This document shows, piece after piece, positions 1 through 9,661 of a stretch of DNA of 64,000 bases. Position numbers and translations under genes: made by a program. The DNA lies in contig JBARWY010000108.1 in NCBI GenBank assembly GCA_049647065.1, positions 495-64,494 of the forward strand, read 5' to 3'. Under the pieces are notes generated by a model. The model searched no databases. It saw only the letters and a list, made by a program, of their open reading frames with translations, and was not told where the DNA came from. Each line of letters opens with the position of its first letter. Position 1 is the first letter of the stretch. This DNA is from Devosia sp. (GTDB taxonomy: Bacteria > Pseudomonadota > Alphaproteobacteria > Rhizobiales > Devosiaceae).

Positions 1-2
1 CC

Positions 3-350
3 AGTGATTTCGCGGCCCTTGTCGCCCCACTACCGGCGCCGGTCGCCGAGCTGACGGCGCGCCTGGTGGCGCTGGTCGCGGCGCATCCAGGCCTCAGCGG
101 CAAGGTGATGAGCGGCTGGCGGTCGGTCAATTTCCGCCACGCCGACGCGGGTCATGTCTGCTCGGTATTTCCGCAGGAGGATCGGGTGTCGCTCTATTTC
201 GAGCATGGGCGGCTGCTTGAGCATGGCGAAGGGTTGCTTGAAGGGGAGGGGCTCAAGAAGGGGCGCTACCTGCGCCTCATGCCCGGCGACGATATTCCGG
301 TTGATCCCATCGGCATCCTGCTCAGCGAAGCCATTGCCCTGTTTGCCTGA
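3..350 (+). CDS. DUF1801/YdhG-like small protein, 5' end probably just outside the window
   Basis: Frame is open from position 3 (SDFAALVAPLP...). The C-terminal 'VSLYFEHGRLL...LLEGEG.K..RYL' pattern resembles DUF1801. Confidence 0.6.
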   Translation, partial: SDFAALVAPLPAPVAELTARLVALVAAHPGLSGKVMSGWRSVNFRHADAGHVCSVFPQEDRVSLYFEHGRLLEHGEGLLEGEGLKKGRYLRLMPGDDIPVDPIGILLSEAIALFA

Positions 351-386
351 AGCATGCATGTAATTTTCCTGCATCTGGAGGGCAGC

Positions 387-749
387 ATGGCGCGGATAGG
401 CCTCGTGGCACATGACGACAAGAAGGACGACCTCTGCGTCTGGGCCGAGCACCACAAGCACAAGCTCAGCCAGCACGAATTGTGGGGCACCGGCACCACC
501 GGCAGCCGGGTGATGGCGGCCACCGGCATGAGCGTGACGTTGCTCAAGAGCGGTCCGCTGGGCGGGGACCAACAGCTCGGCGCGATGATCGCCGAGGGCA
601 GACTCGATGTGCTGATCTTCTTCATCGATCCGCTATCGGCGCAGCCGCATGACGTGGATGTGAAGGCACTGACCCGGCTGGCGACGCTCTATGATGTGCC
701 CTGCGCCAACAACAAATCCACAGCCGACGCGGTGCTCGCCTACCTCTAG
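387..749 (+). CDS. mgsA: methylglyoxal synthase
   Basis: IGLVAHDDKK, GTGTTG, SGPLGGDQQLG and QPHDVDVKAL motifs. GGAGG precedes the ATG at 387. Confidence 0.95.
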   Translation: MARIGLVAHDDKKDDLCVWAEHHKHKLSQHELWGTGTTGSRVMAATGMSVTLLKSGPLGGDQQLGAMIAEGRLDVLIFFIDPLSAQPHDVDVKALTRLATLYDVPCANNKSTADAVLAYL

Positions 750-832
750 GACCGCCTGGATGGTTGACCCTTCGGTCACCTTATGAGCAGATGCCCCAAA
801 ATCGCCCGGATTGAACCGGGCCGCATGGCTAT

Positions 833-1636
833 TTGGGAAACGGGACGGCTTTGGTGCCCTCTGACTTGGTTATTGACGTTCGCAACGTCAGCAAACGCTT
901 TGGCGGATTGACCGCCGTGAACAACTGCTCGCTGTCGGTACGGCGCGGCTCGGTGACCGGGCTGATCGGACCGAACGGGGCCGGCAAATCCACGCTGTTC
1001 AACATCGTGGCCGGCAATATCGTGCCCGATGAAGGCTCGGTGATTTTCGACGGCGCCGACGTGACCGGCTTCAAGCCGCACCAGCTGTTCCGAACCGGCA
1101 TGCTGCGTACCTTCCAGATCGCGCATGAATTCTCCAACATGACGGCGCTGGAAAACCTGATGATGGTTCCGGGCGACCAGCCGGGCGAATATCTGGGTAA
1201 TGCCTGGTTCCGCCCCGGTCTCAGCAAATCGCGCGAGACCGAGGTGCGCAAGAAGGCGCTCGATGTCATCGACTTCCTCAAGCTTGGTCATGTGCGCAAC
1301 GAACTGGCCGGCAATCTCAGCGGTGGACAGAAGAAGCTGCTCGAACTCGGCCGCACCATGATGGTCGACGCCAAGGTGGTGCTGCTCGACGAGGTGGCGG
1401 CCGGCGTCAACCGCACGCTGCTCAATGACCTTGCCGCCAATATCGAACGGATGAACAAGGAACTCGGCTACACGTTCTTTGTCATCGAACACGACATGGA
1501 CCTGATCGGGCGGTTATGCGACCCCGTCATCGTCATGGCCCAGGGCGAAAAGATCGCTGAGGGACCGATGGCCGAAATCCGCGCCAACCCGCAAATCGTC
1601 GAAGCGTATTTCGGCACTCCGGTCGAGGTCGCGTAG
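833..1636 (+). CDS. branched-chain amino acid-type ABC transporter ATP-binding protein (LivG-like), start uncertain (833 or 854)
   Basis: Walker A GPNGAGKST, RTFQ, LSGGQ, LLDE, EHDM. Confidence 0.92.
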   Translation: MGNGTALVPSDLVIDVRNVSKRFGGLTAVNNCSLSVRRGSVTGLIGPNGAGKSTLFNIVAGNIVPDEGSVIFDGADVTGFKPHQLFRTGMLRTFQIAHEFSNMTALENLMMVPGDQPGEYLGNAWFRPGLSKSRETEVRKKALDVIDFLKLGHVRNELAGNLSGGQKKLLELGRTMMVDAKVVLLDEVAAGVNRTLLNDLAANIERMNKELGYTFFVIEHDMDLIGRLCDPVIVMAQGEKIAEGPMAEIRANPQIVEAYFGTPVEVA

Positions 1637-2341
1637 ATGGCGCTCATTGAACTGAAACACGTCGTCGGCGGTTATGGCGGCGCGCCGATCCTCAATGGCG
1701 TCAACATGGCCATCGAGCAGAACGATATCGGCGTCATCGTCGGTCCCAACGGCGCCGGCAAGTCGACGACCCTCAAGGCGATCTTCGGCCTGCTCAAGGT
1801 CACCGGCGGCACGATCGAATTTCTGGGCGAGAATGTCGCCAATTCGCTGCCGGACGCGCTGGTGCCCAAGGGTCTCAGCTTCGTGCCGCAGGAGAAGAAC
1901 GTCTTCACCTCGATGACCGTCGAGGAAAACCTCGAAATGGGCGCCTTCACCCGCCGCGACGATTTCAAGGGGACCATGGACTGGGTCTACCAGATGTTCC
2001 CGGTGCTGGCGGAAAAGCGCCGTCAGCCGGCTGGCGAACTTTCGGGCGGCCAGCGGCAGATGGTGGCCATGGGCCGAGCCCTGATGAGCAAGCCAAAGCT
2101 TTTGATGCTCGACGAACCCTCGGCGGGCCTGTCGCCGCGCTATGTCATCGAGATTTTCGAGACCATCGTCCGCGTCAACAAGGAAGGCGTGGGCATTTTG
2201 ATGGTCGAGCAGAATGCGCGGCAGGCATTGGCCTTCGCCTCCAAGGGCTTCGTGCTCGCCAGCGGCCAGAACCGCTTCACCGGCACGGGCGCCGAGCTCA
2301 TTGCCGATCCCGAAGTCGCCAAAAGTTTCCTCGGGGGCTGA
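1637..2341 (+). CDS. branched-chain amino acid-type ABC transporter ATP-binding protein (LivF-like)
   Basis: GPNGAGKST, LSGGQRQM, LDEPSAGL, VEQNA. Confidence 0.93.
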   Translation: MALIELKHVVGGYGGAPILNGVNMAIEQNDIGVIVGPNGAGKSTTLKAIFGLLKVTGGTIEFLGENVANSLPDALVPKGLSFVPQEKNVFTSMTVEENLEMGAFTRRDDFKGTMDWVYQMFPVLAEKRRQPAGELSGGQRQMVAMGRALMSKPKLLMLDEPSAGLSPRYVIEIFETIVRVNKEGVGILMVEQNARQALAFASKGFVLASGQNRFTGTGAELIADPEVAKSFLGG

Positions 2342-2344
2342 GCC

Positions 2345-3349
2345 GTGACCGAACTCGTTTTCTTCATCAACCAGGTGGTCATATCGGGCGCGGTGCTGGG
2401 CTGCATCTATGCGCTGGGCGCGGTCGGCATCACGCTGATCTTCGGCATATTGCGCTTTGCCCATTTTGCCCATTCCGAGCTGATGACTTCGGGCGCCTTC
2501 TTCGCGTTCCTGCTGGCGGCCCTGTTTGCCAGCTGGGGCATCGTGACGCCGATCCCGCTGGGTTTTGTGGTGCTGCCCATTGCCATGGTCATGTCGGCCA
2601 TTTTCGCCCTGGGCATCGACAAGGGCTTTTATGCGCCGCTGCGCAAGCGCGGCGTGCGCCCGGTGACGCTGCTGATCGCGTCGATCGGCGTGACCCTGAT
2701 GGTACAGGGGCTGATCCGCCTGTTCTTCGGCGCCGGCTCTTATTCATTCTTCGAGAATGAAACCAAGGAGGTCTTCCGCATCGATATGGCGTTCCTCGGC
2801 TCGACGCGGCCGCTTGTGATCACCGAGCCGCAACTGCTGATGATCGTCGTGACCATCATCTCGGTGCTGGCGCTGCACTTCTTCCTGACGCGTTCGCGGT
2901 TGGGCAAGGCGATGCGCGCCATGGCTGACAATGCCGACCTGGCGCAGGTCTCGGGCATCAATACGGCGCTGGTGGTGCGGGTAACGTGGATCGTCGCCGG
3001 CGCGCTGGCCTGCATGGCTGGCACCATGCTGGCGCTCGACGTGACGCTGAAGCCTGACCTGGCCTTCAACATCATCATCCCGATCTTTGCCGCTGCCATC
3101 GTCGGCGGCCTCGGGCAGGCCTATGGCGCCATTGCGGGGGGCCTGTTGATCGGATTTGCCGAGTCGCTGGCCGTGTTCAACTGGACCATGGTGCTGCGAC
3201 CGCTCAATGCGGTGCTGCCGGAATGGGCGCAACTGCCGGCGACGCTGGCGCTGGTGCCGACCGAATACAAGCTCACCGTGGCCTTCGTCATTCTCGTCGT
3301 GGTGCTGCTGGTGCGGCCGACAGGTATCTTCAAGGGAGCTTCGTCATGA
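2345..3349 (+). CDS. branched-chain amino acid-type ABC permease (LivH-like)
   Basis: YALGAVGITLIFG..FAHFAH and GKAMRAMADN motifs, multi-TM. Confidence 0.92.
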   Translation: MTELVFFINQVVISGAVLGCIYALGAVGITLIFGILRFAHFAHSELMTSGAFFAFLLAALFASWGIVTPIPLGFVVLPIAMVMSAIFALGIDKGFYAPLRKRGVRPVTLLIASIGVTLMVQGLIRLFFGAGSYSFFENETKEVFRIDMAFLGSTRPLVITEPQLLMIVVTIISVLALHFFLTRSRLGKAMRAMADNADLAQVSGINTALVVRVTWIVAGALACMAGTMLALDVTLKPDLAFNIIIPIFAAAIVGGLGQAYGAIAGGLLIGFAESLAVFNWTMVLRPLNAVLPEWAQLPATLALVPTEYKLTVAFVILVVVLLVRPTGIFKGASS

Positions 3350-4629
3350 TCCGGCGTTCGCTCACGCTCTTTGCCGGGCTCTTCGCATTGATTCTGGTGA
3401 TGGGTTGGCTGATGGGCCTGCCCTTCACCTCGTCGCGCCTCGTCGAGGCGGCGGCCTATAGCCTGATCGCACTGGGTCTCAACATTCAGTGGGGCTATGG
3501 CGGGCTGTTCAACTTCGGCATCATGGGCTTCCTGATGCTGGGCGGCTTTGCCGTCACCTTCATCTCCTATCCAGTCAATCCGACCTTCTGGGGCTCGGAC
3601 GGGCCGTGGATGCTGGGGCGGGCGCTGATCGCCTTCGCGGCCGGGGCGCTGCTGGTCATCGGCGCGCGCAAGAGCGACAGGCTGGGCGTTCGCGGCGGCT
3701 GGAAGACCTTCCTAACGGTCGTCGCCTGGTTCGTGGCCTATTGCATCTATCGCAGCCAGATCGATCCGGCCGCGGCCTATATCGAGGCCAATGCCGGCTT
3801 TGTCGGCGGGCTCGGTGCACATCCGGTGCTGGGCTGGCTGTTCGGCGGCGTGCTGGCGGCGGTCATTGCCTTCATCGTCGGCAAGATCGCGCTGGGGCTG
3901 CGCACCGACTACCTGGCCATCGCCACTATCGGCATTTCGGAAATTATCCGGGCGCTGATCAAGAATATGGACTGGCTGACGCGCGGCACACTGACGGTGT
4001 CTCCGATCCCGTGGCCGACGCCGCTGCCCCAGGAATACCAGGCTGGTGGTTCGGACCAGTTCAGCTCGCTGCTGCTGGCCCGCGGCGGCTTCCTGCTACT
4101 GGCGATCATTGTGCTGGGCATTTCGATCTGGCTGATCTCGCGAGCCTATGCCGGTCCCTGGGGCCGCATGATGCGCGCCATCCGCGACAATCACATCGCT
4201 TCGTCGTCGATGGGCAAGAATGTGACGGCGCGACAGCTCGAGATCTTCGTCTTTGGCTCGGTGCTGATGGGCATCGGCGGGGCGATGCTGGTGAGTTTCA
4301 CGCAGATCTTCGATCCCAGCAGCTACCAGCCGATCAACCATACCTTCCTGATCTGGGTGATGATCATCGTGGGCGGCGCCGGCAATAACTGGGGCGCGGT
4401 ATTTGGCGCGGTGCTGATCTGGCTGGTCTGGGTGGTCAGCGAGCCGCTGGCCCGCGTGGTCTTCGAGCTGGTCAGTTCGTGGTCGACCAATGTCGGCTGG
4501 GGCGCCATTCCCGAGATCGAATCCCGTTCGGCGCAGATGCGCGTCTTCGTGCTGGGGCTGGTGATCACCATCGCACTCCGATACGCGCCCAAGGGGCTGA
4601 TCCCCGAAGTGGTGCGGCGGGACGTGTAA
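3346..4629 (+). CDS. branched-chain amino acid-type ABC permease (LivM-like)
   Basis: ATGA overlap with the upstream permease. LGLNIQWGYGGLFNFG, LRTDYLAIAT and WGRMMRAIRDN motifs. Confidence 0.92.
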   Translation: MIRRSLTLFAGLFALILVMGWLMGLPFTSSRLVEAAAYSLIALGLNIQWGYGGLFNFGIMGFLMLGGFAVTFISYPVNPTFWGSDGPWMLGRALIAFAAGALLVIGARKSDRLGVRGGWKTFLTVVAWFVAYCIYRSQIDPAAAYIEANAGFVGGLGAHPVLGWLFGGVLAAVIAFIVGKIALGLRTDYLAIATIGISEIIRALIKNMDWLTRGTLTVSPIPWPTPLPQEYQAGGSDQFSSLLLARGGFLLLAIIVLGISIWLISRAYAGPWGRMMRAIRDNHIASSSMGKNVTARQLEIFVFGSVLMGIGGAMLVSFTQIFDPSSYQPINHTFLIWVMIIVGGAGNNWGAVFGAVLIWLVWVVSEPLARVVFELVSSWSTNVGWGAIPEIESRSAQMRVFVLGLVITIALRYAPKGLIPEVVRRDV

Positions 4630-4645
4630 GGGTTCACCAGCAAGG

Positions 4646-4693
4646 CCTCTCACCCGACCCTTCGGGTCGACCTCTCCCCCGGATGGGCGAGGT
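4646..4693. repeat. REP/RIME-like two-hairpin extragenic palindrome
   Basis: CGACCC-TTC-GGGTCG then ACCTC-TCCCCCGGATGGGC-GAGGT, between convergent genes. Confidence 0.65.
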
Positions 4694-4700
4694 AAGAGAC

Positions 4701-5342
4701 TCAGACGATGCTGTGGAGCAGGGCCTTTACTGCGCGTGTCAGATCACGCGCCGGTTCGATGCGCAGGTGGACGAATTCGGGGCGGGCCAGGACCGCTGCC
4801 GCGGCGGCGCACGGATTGGCGCCCGGCCACACTCCGGCGATCAGCGAGCCGGTCATGGCGATTACCCAGCCGCAATCTGCCGGCGTAGTGCCAGGCAGGC
4901 GGGCGGCCAGCGCGGCAATGATGCGGCCATTCTGCTCGTTCATGCGGGTCTTGAGCCCGGCAATGGTGGCTTCCGATACATTCTGTTCCAGCGTGCTGGA
5001 CAGGATGGAGATCAGTTCGCAGCAGCGGGGCCGGGCGAGGAAGGTCGCGACGATCGCTTCGGCCAAAGCGGCGACATCACCCGGGGGCTGGGCGGAAATG
5101 ACGGCTTCGAGGGCCTCGACCAGTCCGGCGAATTCGCCCTGGAACAGCTCCAAGAGGACCTGCTCGCGGCTCTCGAAATAGCGATAGACATTGGATTTGG
5201 TGAAGCCGGCCCTGGCGGCAATGGCATTGAGGCCGGTGCCGGTCGGTCCTTCAGTATCGAACAGCTCCGCTGCCGCCGCGAGCAGCTGTTCGCGGCGGAG
5301 ATGGATCTGTTCGGGCTGGCGGGCACGCTGGAAACCGGTCAT
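4701..5342 (-). CDS. TetR family transcriptional regulator
   Basis: MTGFQRAR.PEQ...RREQLLAAA and HTH LNAIAARAGFTKSNVYRYFESRE. Confidence 0.92.
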   Translation of the reverse strand: MTGFQRARQPEQIHLRREQLLAAAAELFDTEGPTGTGLNAIAARAGFTKSNVYRYFESREQVLLELFQGEFAGLVEALEAVISAQPPGDVAALAEAIVATFLARPRCCELISILSSTLEQNVSEATIAGLKTRMNEQNGRIIAALAARLPGTTPADCGWVIAMTGSLIAGVWPGANPCAAAAAVLARPEFVHLRIEPARDLTRAVKALLHSIV

Positions 5343-5373
5343 CGGCAAGAGGTGTCCGACGGCGTCCGGCCTG

Positions 5374-6312
5374 TCAAGCCAGCGCCTTCTCGGCGGCATA
5401 GGTGATGCCGGTGAGGCGCTCGGAAACCGACCAGAGGCGGCGGGCAACCTCGTCGTCCTTGGCGCGCTTGGGAAAGCGGGCGGGTCCGGGCGGGCCCTTC
5501 ATTTCCATCATCTGGCTGGGGCCGTAATAATCGAGCTTATGCACGCCAGGGGCAGTTGCGGCCAGTACGGTGGGGATGGCGCCGCTCGCGGCGTCATGGG
5601 AGGCAAAGGCCTGGAGCAGGGCGCTGCCGATGCCGGCAATGCCCTTCATCTCGCCTGGGCCGTTGGCGAGGAGATCGGTGCGGGCGAATCCGGGATGGGC
5701 GGTGGCAGAGAGGATGTTCCAGCCGTTGGCGTCGCTGAGGTGCTGCAACTGCCGGGCGAAGAGCAGATTGGCGAGCTTGGAGGCGCCATAGGAGCGCATC
5801 GGGCGATAGGCGCGCTCGGACTGGAGGTTATCGAAATCGATCTGCCCGAAATGCGCCGCGCCCGATGAAACGGTGACGACACGCGGCGCCGCTGCGGCGG
5901 TGAGCAGCGGCAGCAAGGCACCGGTTAGGGCGAAATGGCCGAGATGGTTGGTGCCGAACTGCAGTTCGAAGCCGTCGCTTGTGGCTTTGCGGATGGGCGG
6001 CGTCATGACGCCGGCATTGTTGACCATGATGTCGATCGGGACGCCTGCACCGCGCATCCGCGAGCCGAAGGCGGCGATGGAGTCGAGATTGCCGAGATCG
6101 ACAGCCTCGAAGGCAATGTTGGCCTTTGGGGCCGTCCGGCGTATGCGCGCCAGGGCATCGGCGCCCTTTTCGGGGTTTCGACCGGCAAGGATGACGCGGG
6201 CGCCGTGCTCGGCCAGCATACGGGCCGTCTCGAAGCCGAGCCCTCCGGTAGCGCCGGTGATGACGGCCGTCTTGCCCTGGAGATCGGGGATGTCGCGTTC
6301 GGAAAAGCTCAT
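5374..6312 (-). CDS. short-chain dehydrogenase/oxidoreductase (retinol dehydrogenase/WWOX-like SDR)
   Basis: TGATGGLG, NNAGVM, FELQFGTNHLGHFALT, YGASK. Confidence 0.92.
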   Translation of the reverse strand: MSFSERDIPDLQGKTAVITGATGGLGFETARMLAEHGARVILAGRNPEKGADALARIRRTAPKANIAFEAVDLGNLDSIAAFGSRMRGAGVPIDIMVNNAGVMTPPIRKATSDGFELQFGTNHLGHFALTGALLPLLTAAAAPRVVTVSSGAAHFGQIDFDNLQSERAYRPMRSYGASKLANLLFARQLQHLSDANGWNILSATAHPGFARTDLLANGPGEMKGIAGIGSALLQAFASHDAASGAIPTVLAATAPGVHKLDYYGPSQMMEMKGPPGPARFPKRAKDDEVARRLWSVSERLTGITYAAEKALA

Positions 6313-6329
6313 GACAGGCGCTCTCAATA

Positions 6330-6374
6330 AGAAACCAATGGTCTCTAATTAGGAGAACGATGGTCTGTTGTCAA
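6330..6374 (-). promoter_or_regulatory. sigma70-like promoter (TTGACA-17-TAATTA) with two candidate TetR operator palindromes
   Basis: -35 at 6369-6374 and -10 at 6346-6351 on the minus strand. AGAAACCAATGGTCTCT (6330-6346) and AGAACGATGGTCT (6354-6366) flank the -10. Confidence 0.65.
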
Positions 6375-6380
6375 GTTGCG

Positions 6381-6977
6381 TCAGCCTGCGCCCTTGCGAG
6401 CGTTGACCCAGAGCCAGCGGGTCGGCTGGTTGTCATAGCCAGAGCCGTCGTTCTCGCTGACGTCGATTGCGGCCCAGTCGCCTGCCGCCAGCAGATGCTC
6501 GCGGAGCCTGGCAGCGTCGGGATAGTTGTAGTATCGCCCCAACGTGTCGCGACCCTCACCGCCGCCGGCCTTGAAGCTGGCGGTCAGTCGCCCGCCCGGG
6601 CGCAGGGCGCGGAAGATGCGGGCGAGATCGTCGGTGAGTTCATCGCGCGGCGCATGCAACAGGGCGGCACAGGCCCATACGCCGTCAAAGGCCCCGGTCT
6701 CGTCGAGTTCGTTGAACGCCATGATTCGTACAGGGCAACCGAGGCGCTTACCGGCCTCCGCCGCGAGTTCCGGTGAGGCGTCGGAGGGGGTGACGGCAAA
6801 GCCGGCTTCCAGCATGGCGGCGGCATCCCGGCCATTGCCGGTGCCCAGCTCGAGCACCGTGCCACCAGCCGGCAGGCGCGCCAGGAACGCCGCAAGCTGC
6901 GGCGTCGGGCCGGTGGCGTGCTGCACATAGGCGGCGGCGTTGTCGGCATAGAACTTGAGCGTTGCGGGATCGGGCAT
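6381..6977 (-). CDS. class I SAM-dependent methyltransferase
   Basis: VLELGTGNGRD motif I, FDGVWACAALLH, LRPGG. GGAGG upstream. Confidence 0.9.
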   Translation of the reverse strand: MPDPATLKFYADNAAAYVQHATGPTPQLAAFLARLPAGGTVLELGTGNGRDAAAMLEAGFAVTPSDASPELAAEAGKRLGCPVRIMAFNELDETGAFDGVWACAALLHAPRDELTDDLARIFRALRPGGRLTASFKAGGGEGRDTLGRYYNYPDAARLREHLLAAGDWAAIDVSENDGSGYDNQPTRWLWVNARKGAG

Positions 6978-6991
6978 CGGTTCCTCCAACG

Positions 6992-7019
6992 AAAAAGGCC
7001 CGGGATCGCTCCCGGGCCT
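6992..7019 (-). terminator. rho-independent terminator after the ABC substrate-binding gene
   Basis: AGGCCCGGGA/TCCCGGGCCT stem followed by a T-run on the minus strand. Confidence 0.85.
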
Positions 7020-7042
7020 CAGATAGCTCAGTTCGATCCGTG

Positions 7043-8248
7043 TTACTGGATCAGGCCCTTTTCGACGAAGGCGCCGCCTTCGACGGCGAGCTCGACGATG
7101 ATGCCGTCCACGTCGCCGACTTCGTCGAAGTCGAGCGAGCCACCGGCGCCATCATAATCGATGTCGGTGCCGGCCTTGATCAGCTCGACAGCCTTGGTCC
7201 ATTCGCCGGGCAGGATCTTCTCGCCGGGAGCGGAAGCCACGTCGCGCAGGGCGGTCGAGAGACCGTCACGCGAAGCCGAACCGTTCTTCTCGATGGCCAG
7301 AGCCAGCAGGAACGCAGCATCATAAGCCTGCGGCGCATAGGTCGCGTTGGCTTCGAGGCCGGCAGCGGTTGCCAGATCGGTATAGGTGGTGGTGGCAGTG
7401 CCTTCCGGAGCGCCGGCGCGGGTGGCAATCAGGCCTTCCACGGCAGCGGCGTCGATGCCCGAAAGCAGGTCGTCGCCGACCATGCCGTCACCGCCGACAT
7501 AGAGCGTGAAGTTGCCGGATTCGACGGCCTGGCGCAGGATCGTGTTGCCCGAAGCGTTTGCATACGCAAGGATCACGAGGTTCTGCGAAGCGACCAGGTT
7601 GCCCAGCTCGGCGCGGTAGTCGGCCTTGCCTTCTTCATGGGCGACGTTGGCAGCAACGGTGCCGCCGCCGGCAGTGTAGGCAGCGCTGAGGGCATCAGCG
7701 AAGCCTTTGCCGTAGTCGTTGTTGACGTAGGTGATGGCGATGTCGTTGACGCCCTTGGCGAGCAGCAGCTCGGCCAGCTTGACACCCTGAAGCGCGTCCG
7801 ACGGGGTGGTGCGGTAAACGAGGTCATTGTCCTCGAGCGTGGTCAGCGCCGGAGCCGAAGAGGCCGGCGATATGAAGACCACATTGCCCGACAGGCCCGA
7901 GCCGTTGAAGGCGCCGATGGTCTCGCCGGTGCAGAGCGCGCCGACGACGGCCGTCACGTTGTCCGAGTTGATGACCTTGTCGGCAGCAGCAGCGGCAGCC
8001 GTTGCGTCGCAGGCACCGTCAGCGGAGATGAGCTTGAGCTCGCCGCCCAGGATGCCGCCCTGCTCGTTGACCTGCTTCACGACCAGCTCGGCGCCGGCGA
8101 AGATCGGCGGGGTCAGGGATTCGATCGGGCCGGTGAAACCGCCGATGAAGCCAATGGTGGCGCCGGTGTCCTGCGCAATGGCGGGCGCTGCGACGACAAG
8201 CGTCGAGGCGGCAACGGCCAGTGCCAGGGTGTTCTTGAGATTGCGCAT
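7043..8248 (-). CDS. branched-chain amino acid-type ABC substrate-binding protein
   Basis: Signal peptide. VKQVNEQGGILG, ISPASSAPALT, RTTPSDALQG, NNDYGKG and AYDAA motifs. Confidence 0.93.
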   Translation of the reverse strand: MRNLKNTLALAVAASTLVVAAPAIAQDTGATIGFIGGFTGPIESLTPPIFAGAELVVKQVNEQGGILGGELKLISADGACDATAAAAAADKVINSDNVTAVVGALCTGETIGAFNGSGLSGNVVFISPASSAPALTTLEDNDLVYRTTPSDALQGVKLAELLLAKGVNDIAITYVNNDYGKGFADALSAAYTAGGGTVAANVAHEEGKADYRAELGNLVASQNLVILAYANASGNTILRQAVESGNFTLYVGGDGMVGDDLLSGIDAAAVEGLIATRAGAPEGTATTTYTDLATAAGLEANATYAPQAYDAAFLLALAIEKNGSASRDGLSTALRDVASAPGEKILPGEWTKAVELIKAGTDIDYDGAGGSLDFDEVGDVDGIIVELAVEGGAFVEKGLIQ

Positions 8249-8468
8249 ATACGTCCCTCTGCTTGGGTCGCTCCGTCGGGAGGCCCTTGCCGAGCCAGTC
8301 TTGACGTACGGAACGACGCGATAAAGGGGGCGCAACCTGCGCCCCGCTGAGGGGGACTGTTGCACATTTGTTGAGCGCGAGTCACCGGGTTTTGATCGCT
8401 AATTCTTCTTGCCAGCGCTGTTGCTTAACAAGGATGGTTTTCGCATAGAGTGAGGCCCCAGGGAGGGC

Positions 8469-9512
8469 GTGACGGTGATGACGGCGAGGATGCTGCGAGC
8501 GGTGCTGTTGCTGATCGGGCTCGTGGCCGCAGGGCCGGCCATGGCGCAGTTCACCGTGCTCGACCAGGCCCAGGATGCCGCGCCTGAGGCGCCAACGGCG
8601 GAGGCCGTTCCGCCACCACCCTGCGGCACCCAGCCGCTCAGCATCGCGCGGATGAGCTGGCCTTCGGCAGAGCTGCTTGCCGAAATTCACGCACGAATCC
8701 TCACCAGCGAATATGGCTGCGACGTCCGGGTCACGCCGGGCGACCTGGGCGCCACCGCTTCGTCCATGGGGTCTACCGGCCAACCGGCCGTAGCGCCCGA
8801 GATGTGGGTCACCCGCATTGCCGATGTCTGGAATGCCGGGATGGACGCGCAGATGCTGCGGCCGGCCGCGCCGACCTATGCGGAGACGCAGTTCGAAGGC
8901 TGGTTCGTGCCGGACTATGTTGCGGTGGCGCATCCTGAGTTGATCGCAGCGGCTGGGCTGGTCGCGACACTGCCCACAATCAGCGGCGCAGAACGCGTGC
9001 GCTTCATCTCCTGCCCGGTCGACTGGGCCTGTGCACTGATCAATCGCAATCTGATCAGCGCCCTGGGGCTGACCAGCATGGTGGACCTGGTCGAGCCGGC
9101 CAACCGGTTCGAGATGGATACGCTGATCGCCGAGGCGGTGAGCCGGAGCGAGCCGATCCTGTTCTATTACTGGCAGCCCAATGCCGTGCTGGCCCAGTTC
9201 AGCTTCGTGCCGCTCGACATGGGCGCCTATGACGAGGAGGCCGCCAAGTGCCTCGCGCGCGTTGCCTGCCCGACACCGCTGCCCAGTGCGTTTCCCAGCG
9301 AGACGGTGGTATCGGCACTGGCCGAGTGGGTCTTTACCGATATTCCTGCCATTGCCGCCTACTTCCAGCGCAGCAGCCTGCAACTGGCCGAGATGAACAC
9401 CCTGCTGGCGCAGCTCAACGAGCCGGGGGCGACGGTCGAGGGGATTGCCGAGCGGTTCGTAGCCGAGCGCCGGGACATCTGGGGCGCCTGGGTGGGTGCC
9501 GTCATGCCGTAA
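8469..9512 (+). CDS. glycine betaine/OpuAC-type periplasmic substrate-binding protein (orphan)
   Basis: Signal peptide. MSWPSAEL, PEMW, EGWFVPDYV, CPVDWAC and FYYWQP motifs. Confidence 0.8.
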   Translation: MTVMTARMLRAVLLLIGLVAAGPAMAQFTVLDQAQDAAPEAPTAEAVPPPPCGTQPLSIARMSWPSAELLAEIHARILTSEYGCDVRVTPGDLGATASSMGSTGQPAVAPEMWVTRIADVWNAGMDAQMLRPAAPTYAETQFEGWFVPDYVAVAHPELIAAAGLVATLPTISGAERVRFISCPVDWACALINRNLISALGLTSMVDLVEPANRFEMDTLIAEAVSRSEPILFYYWQPNAVLAQFSFVPLDMGAYDEEAAKCLARVACPTPLPSAFPSETVVSALAEWVFTDIPAIAAYFQRSSLQLAEMNTLLAQLNEPGATVEGIAERFVAERRDIWGAWVGAVMP

Positions 9513-9661
9513 GGCTGTCGCAAGACTGTCATGCCGGAAGAATATGGTCAGCGGCTTGGTTGGCGCTAAGCGTTTGTCCTAAAATGCTTTTTTGTCGGCG
9601 TTTACTTCGTGTTCAGACATCGGACCGCTAGATGGGGCTCCTTTCTGGCTCGAGCGAATAG

